A stretch of 64,000 nt of DNA from the NCBI GenBank assembly GCA_024137785.1, contig JAHRHZ010000249.1, positions 75,036,630 to 75,100,629 of the forward strand. The letters are read 5' to 3'. The first letter of the stretch is position 1, and each line of letters begins with the position of its first letter. The translations under genes and the position numbers were made by a program. The notes under the pieces are model-generated. The model ran no database searches and was not told the DNA's origin. It saw only the letters and a program-made list of their open reading frames with translations. Positions 62,420 to 64,000 of the stretch are shown here, piece by piece. The DNA comes from Ginglymostoma cirratum (Eukaryota).

Positions 62420-63047
62420 GATTAGTTGAGGGGATGTGCTAGAAATTTTGAAAAGCATGAGGATAGGGAAATCCCCTGGGATATACCGAAGATTACTACA
62501 GGAAGTGAGGGAAGAGATTGCTGTGCCTTTGGCGATGATCTTTGCGTTGTCACTGTCCACTGGAGCATTACCAGATGATTGGAGGGTGGCAAATGTTATT
62601 CCCTTGTTCAAGAATGGGAAAAGGGATAATCCTGGGAATTTCAGACCAGTTCGTCTTACTTCTGCAGTGGTAAATTATTGGAGAGGATTCTCAGAAATAA
62701 TATTTATGATTATGTGGAAAAGCAGTTTGATTAGAAATAGTCAGCATGGGTTTGCAAGGGACAGGTCATGCCTCACAAGCCTTATTGGATTCTTTGAGGA
62801 TATAACAAAACACATCAATGAAGGTAGAGCAGTGGATGTGGAGTATGTGGATTTTAGCAAGGCATTTGATAAGGTTCCCTCTGGTAGGCTCATTCAGAAA
62901 GTAAAGAGGCATGGGATTCAGGGAAATTTGGCTGTCTAGATACAGAATTGGCTGTCCAACAGAAGACAGAGGGTGGTAGTAGATGGAAAGTATTCAGCCT
63001 GGAGCTCGGTAACCAGTGGTGTTCCACAGGGATCCGTTCGGGAACTT
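62420..63047 (+). mobile_element. CR1 RT fragment
   Basis: ORF 62436..62939 GALPDDWRVANVIPLFKNGKRDNPGNFRPVRLTS..SQHGFARDRSCLTSLIGFFE..DFSKAFDKVP. Confidence 0.93.
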
Positions 63048-63055
63048 CGTTACAG

Positions 63056-64000
63056 AAATAGTAGGAACTGCTGATGCTGGAGAATCTGAGATAACAAGGT
63101 GTAGAACTGGATGAACACAGCAGACCAAGCAGCATCAGAGGAGCAGGAAAGCTGACGTTTCGGGTCTAGACCCTTCTTCAGAAATAGGGGAGGGGAAGGG
63201 GATTCTGAAATAAATAGGGAGAGAGGGGGAGGTAGATAGAAGATGGATAAAGGAGAAGATAGGTGGAGAGGAGACAGACAGGTCAAAGAGGCAGGGTTGG
63301 AAGCAGTAAAGGTGAGTGTAGGTGGGGAGTTAGGGAGGGAATATTTCAGTCCAGGGAGGATAGACAGGTCAACGAGGCAGGGAAACCAAGATCTACATCT
63401 CCTTTACATCGGGGAAACCAAGCGGAGGCTTGGGGACCGCTTTGCGGAACGCCTACGCTCGGTTCGCAACAAACAAGTACACCTCCCGGTCGCGAACCAT
63501 TTCAAATCCCCCTCTCACTCCTTGGACGGCATATCCAGTCTGGGCCTCCTGCAGTGCCACAACAATGCCACCCGAAGGTTGCAGGAACAGTATCTCATAT
63601 TTCACTTGGGAACCCTGCAGCCCAATGGTATCAATGTGGACTTCACAAGCTTCAAAATCACCCCTCTCCCAACCACATCCCAAAACCAGCCCAGCTTGTC
63701 CCCGCCTCCCTAGCCTGTCCTTCCTCCCAGCTATCCCCTCCTCCCACCTCAAGCCCCACCCCCACCTCCTACCTACTAATCTCCTTGACCTGTCTGTCCT
63801 CCCTGGACTGACTTATCTCCTCCCTAACTCCCCACCTACACTCACCTTTACTGGCTCCAACCCCACCTCTTTGACCTGTCTGTCCCCTCTCCACCTATCT
63901 TCTCCTTTATCCATCTTCTATCTGCATCCCCCTCTCTCCCTATTTATTTCAGGGTCCCTTTCCCCTCCCCCATTTCTGAAGAAGGGTCTAGACCCGAAAC
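63056..64000. mobile_element. Neptune-type PLE: inverted terminus (63056-63385, minus) joined to GIY-YIG and 3' UTR (63395-64000, plus); runs off the window
   Basis: LLYIGETKRRLGDRFAERLRSVRNKQVHLPVANHF..LQPNGINVDF; 63157-63370 is the inverted copy of 63785-64000. Confidence 0.9.
63152..63184 (-). ncRNA. Minimal hammerhead motif with GUC triplet (mirror copy at 63973-64000, plus, cut by the window end)
   Basis: ttt CTGAAGA a gggtc-ta-gaccc GAAA CG TC ag; core and stem II intact, stem I only ~2 bp. Confidence 0.7.

Noticed and set aside
1-64000. Prokaryotic or phage system (operons, defence island, retron)
   Set aside because: No gene-dense coding, CpG depletion and vertebrate SINE/LINE content throughout; all RT motifs belong to eukaryotic retroelements

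Overview
Vertebrate nuclear DNA, not prokaryotic. The repeat set (HE1-type V-SINEs, HER1/CR1 LINEs, Deu-type SINEs, Penelope-like elements) points to a cartilaginous fish, most likely a shark; this is inferred from repeat content. I recognise no intact host protein-coding gene, so the window reads as intergenic DNA or a very large intron. Roughly half is nested, decayed mobile DNA: CR1, L2-group and Rex/Babar LINEs, several tRNA-derived SINE families, two Harbinger transposase fossils, one clear and one probable Gypsy gag-pro fossil, and many Penelope-like (PLE, GIY-YIG) pieces. The most interesting pattern is the PLE termini. They carry minimal type I hammerhead ribozyme motifs (CUGANGA-stem II-GAAA-CG-UH, about a dozen copies). 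Many occur as short (50-350 bp) inverted or fold-back inserts, each bracketed by an 11-16 bp target-site duplication, some with a hammerhead motif on each strand. Hammerheads in PLEs are known in general; whether this fold-back sub-system is described in sharks needs a search. Repeat boundaries were read by eye (about +/-20-50 bp), and family names come from recalled motifs, not database hits.
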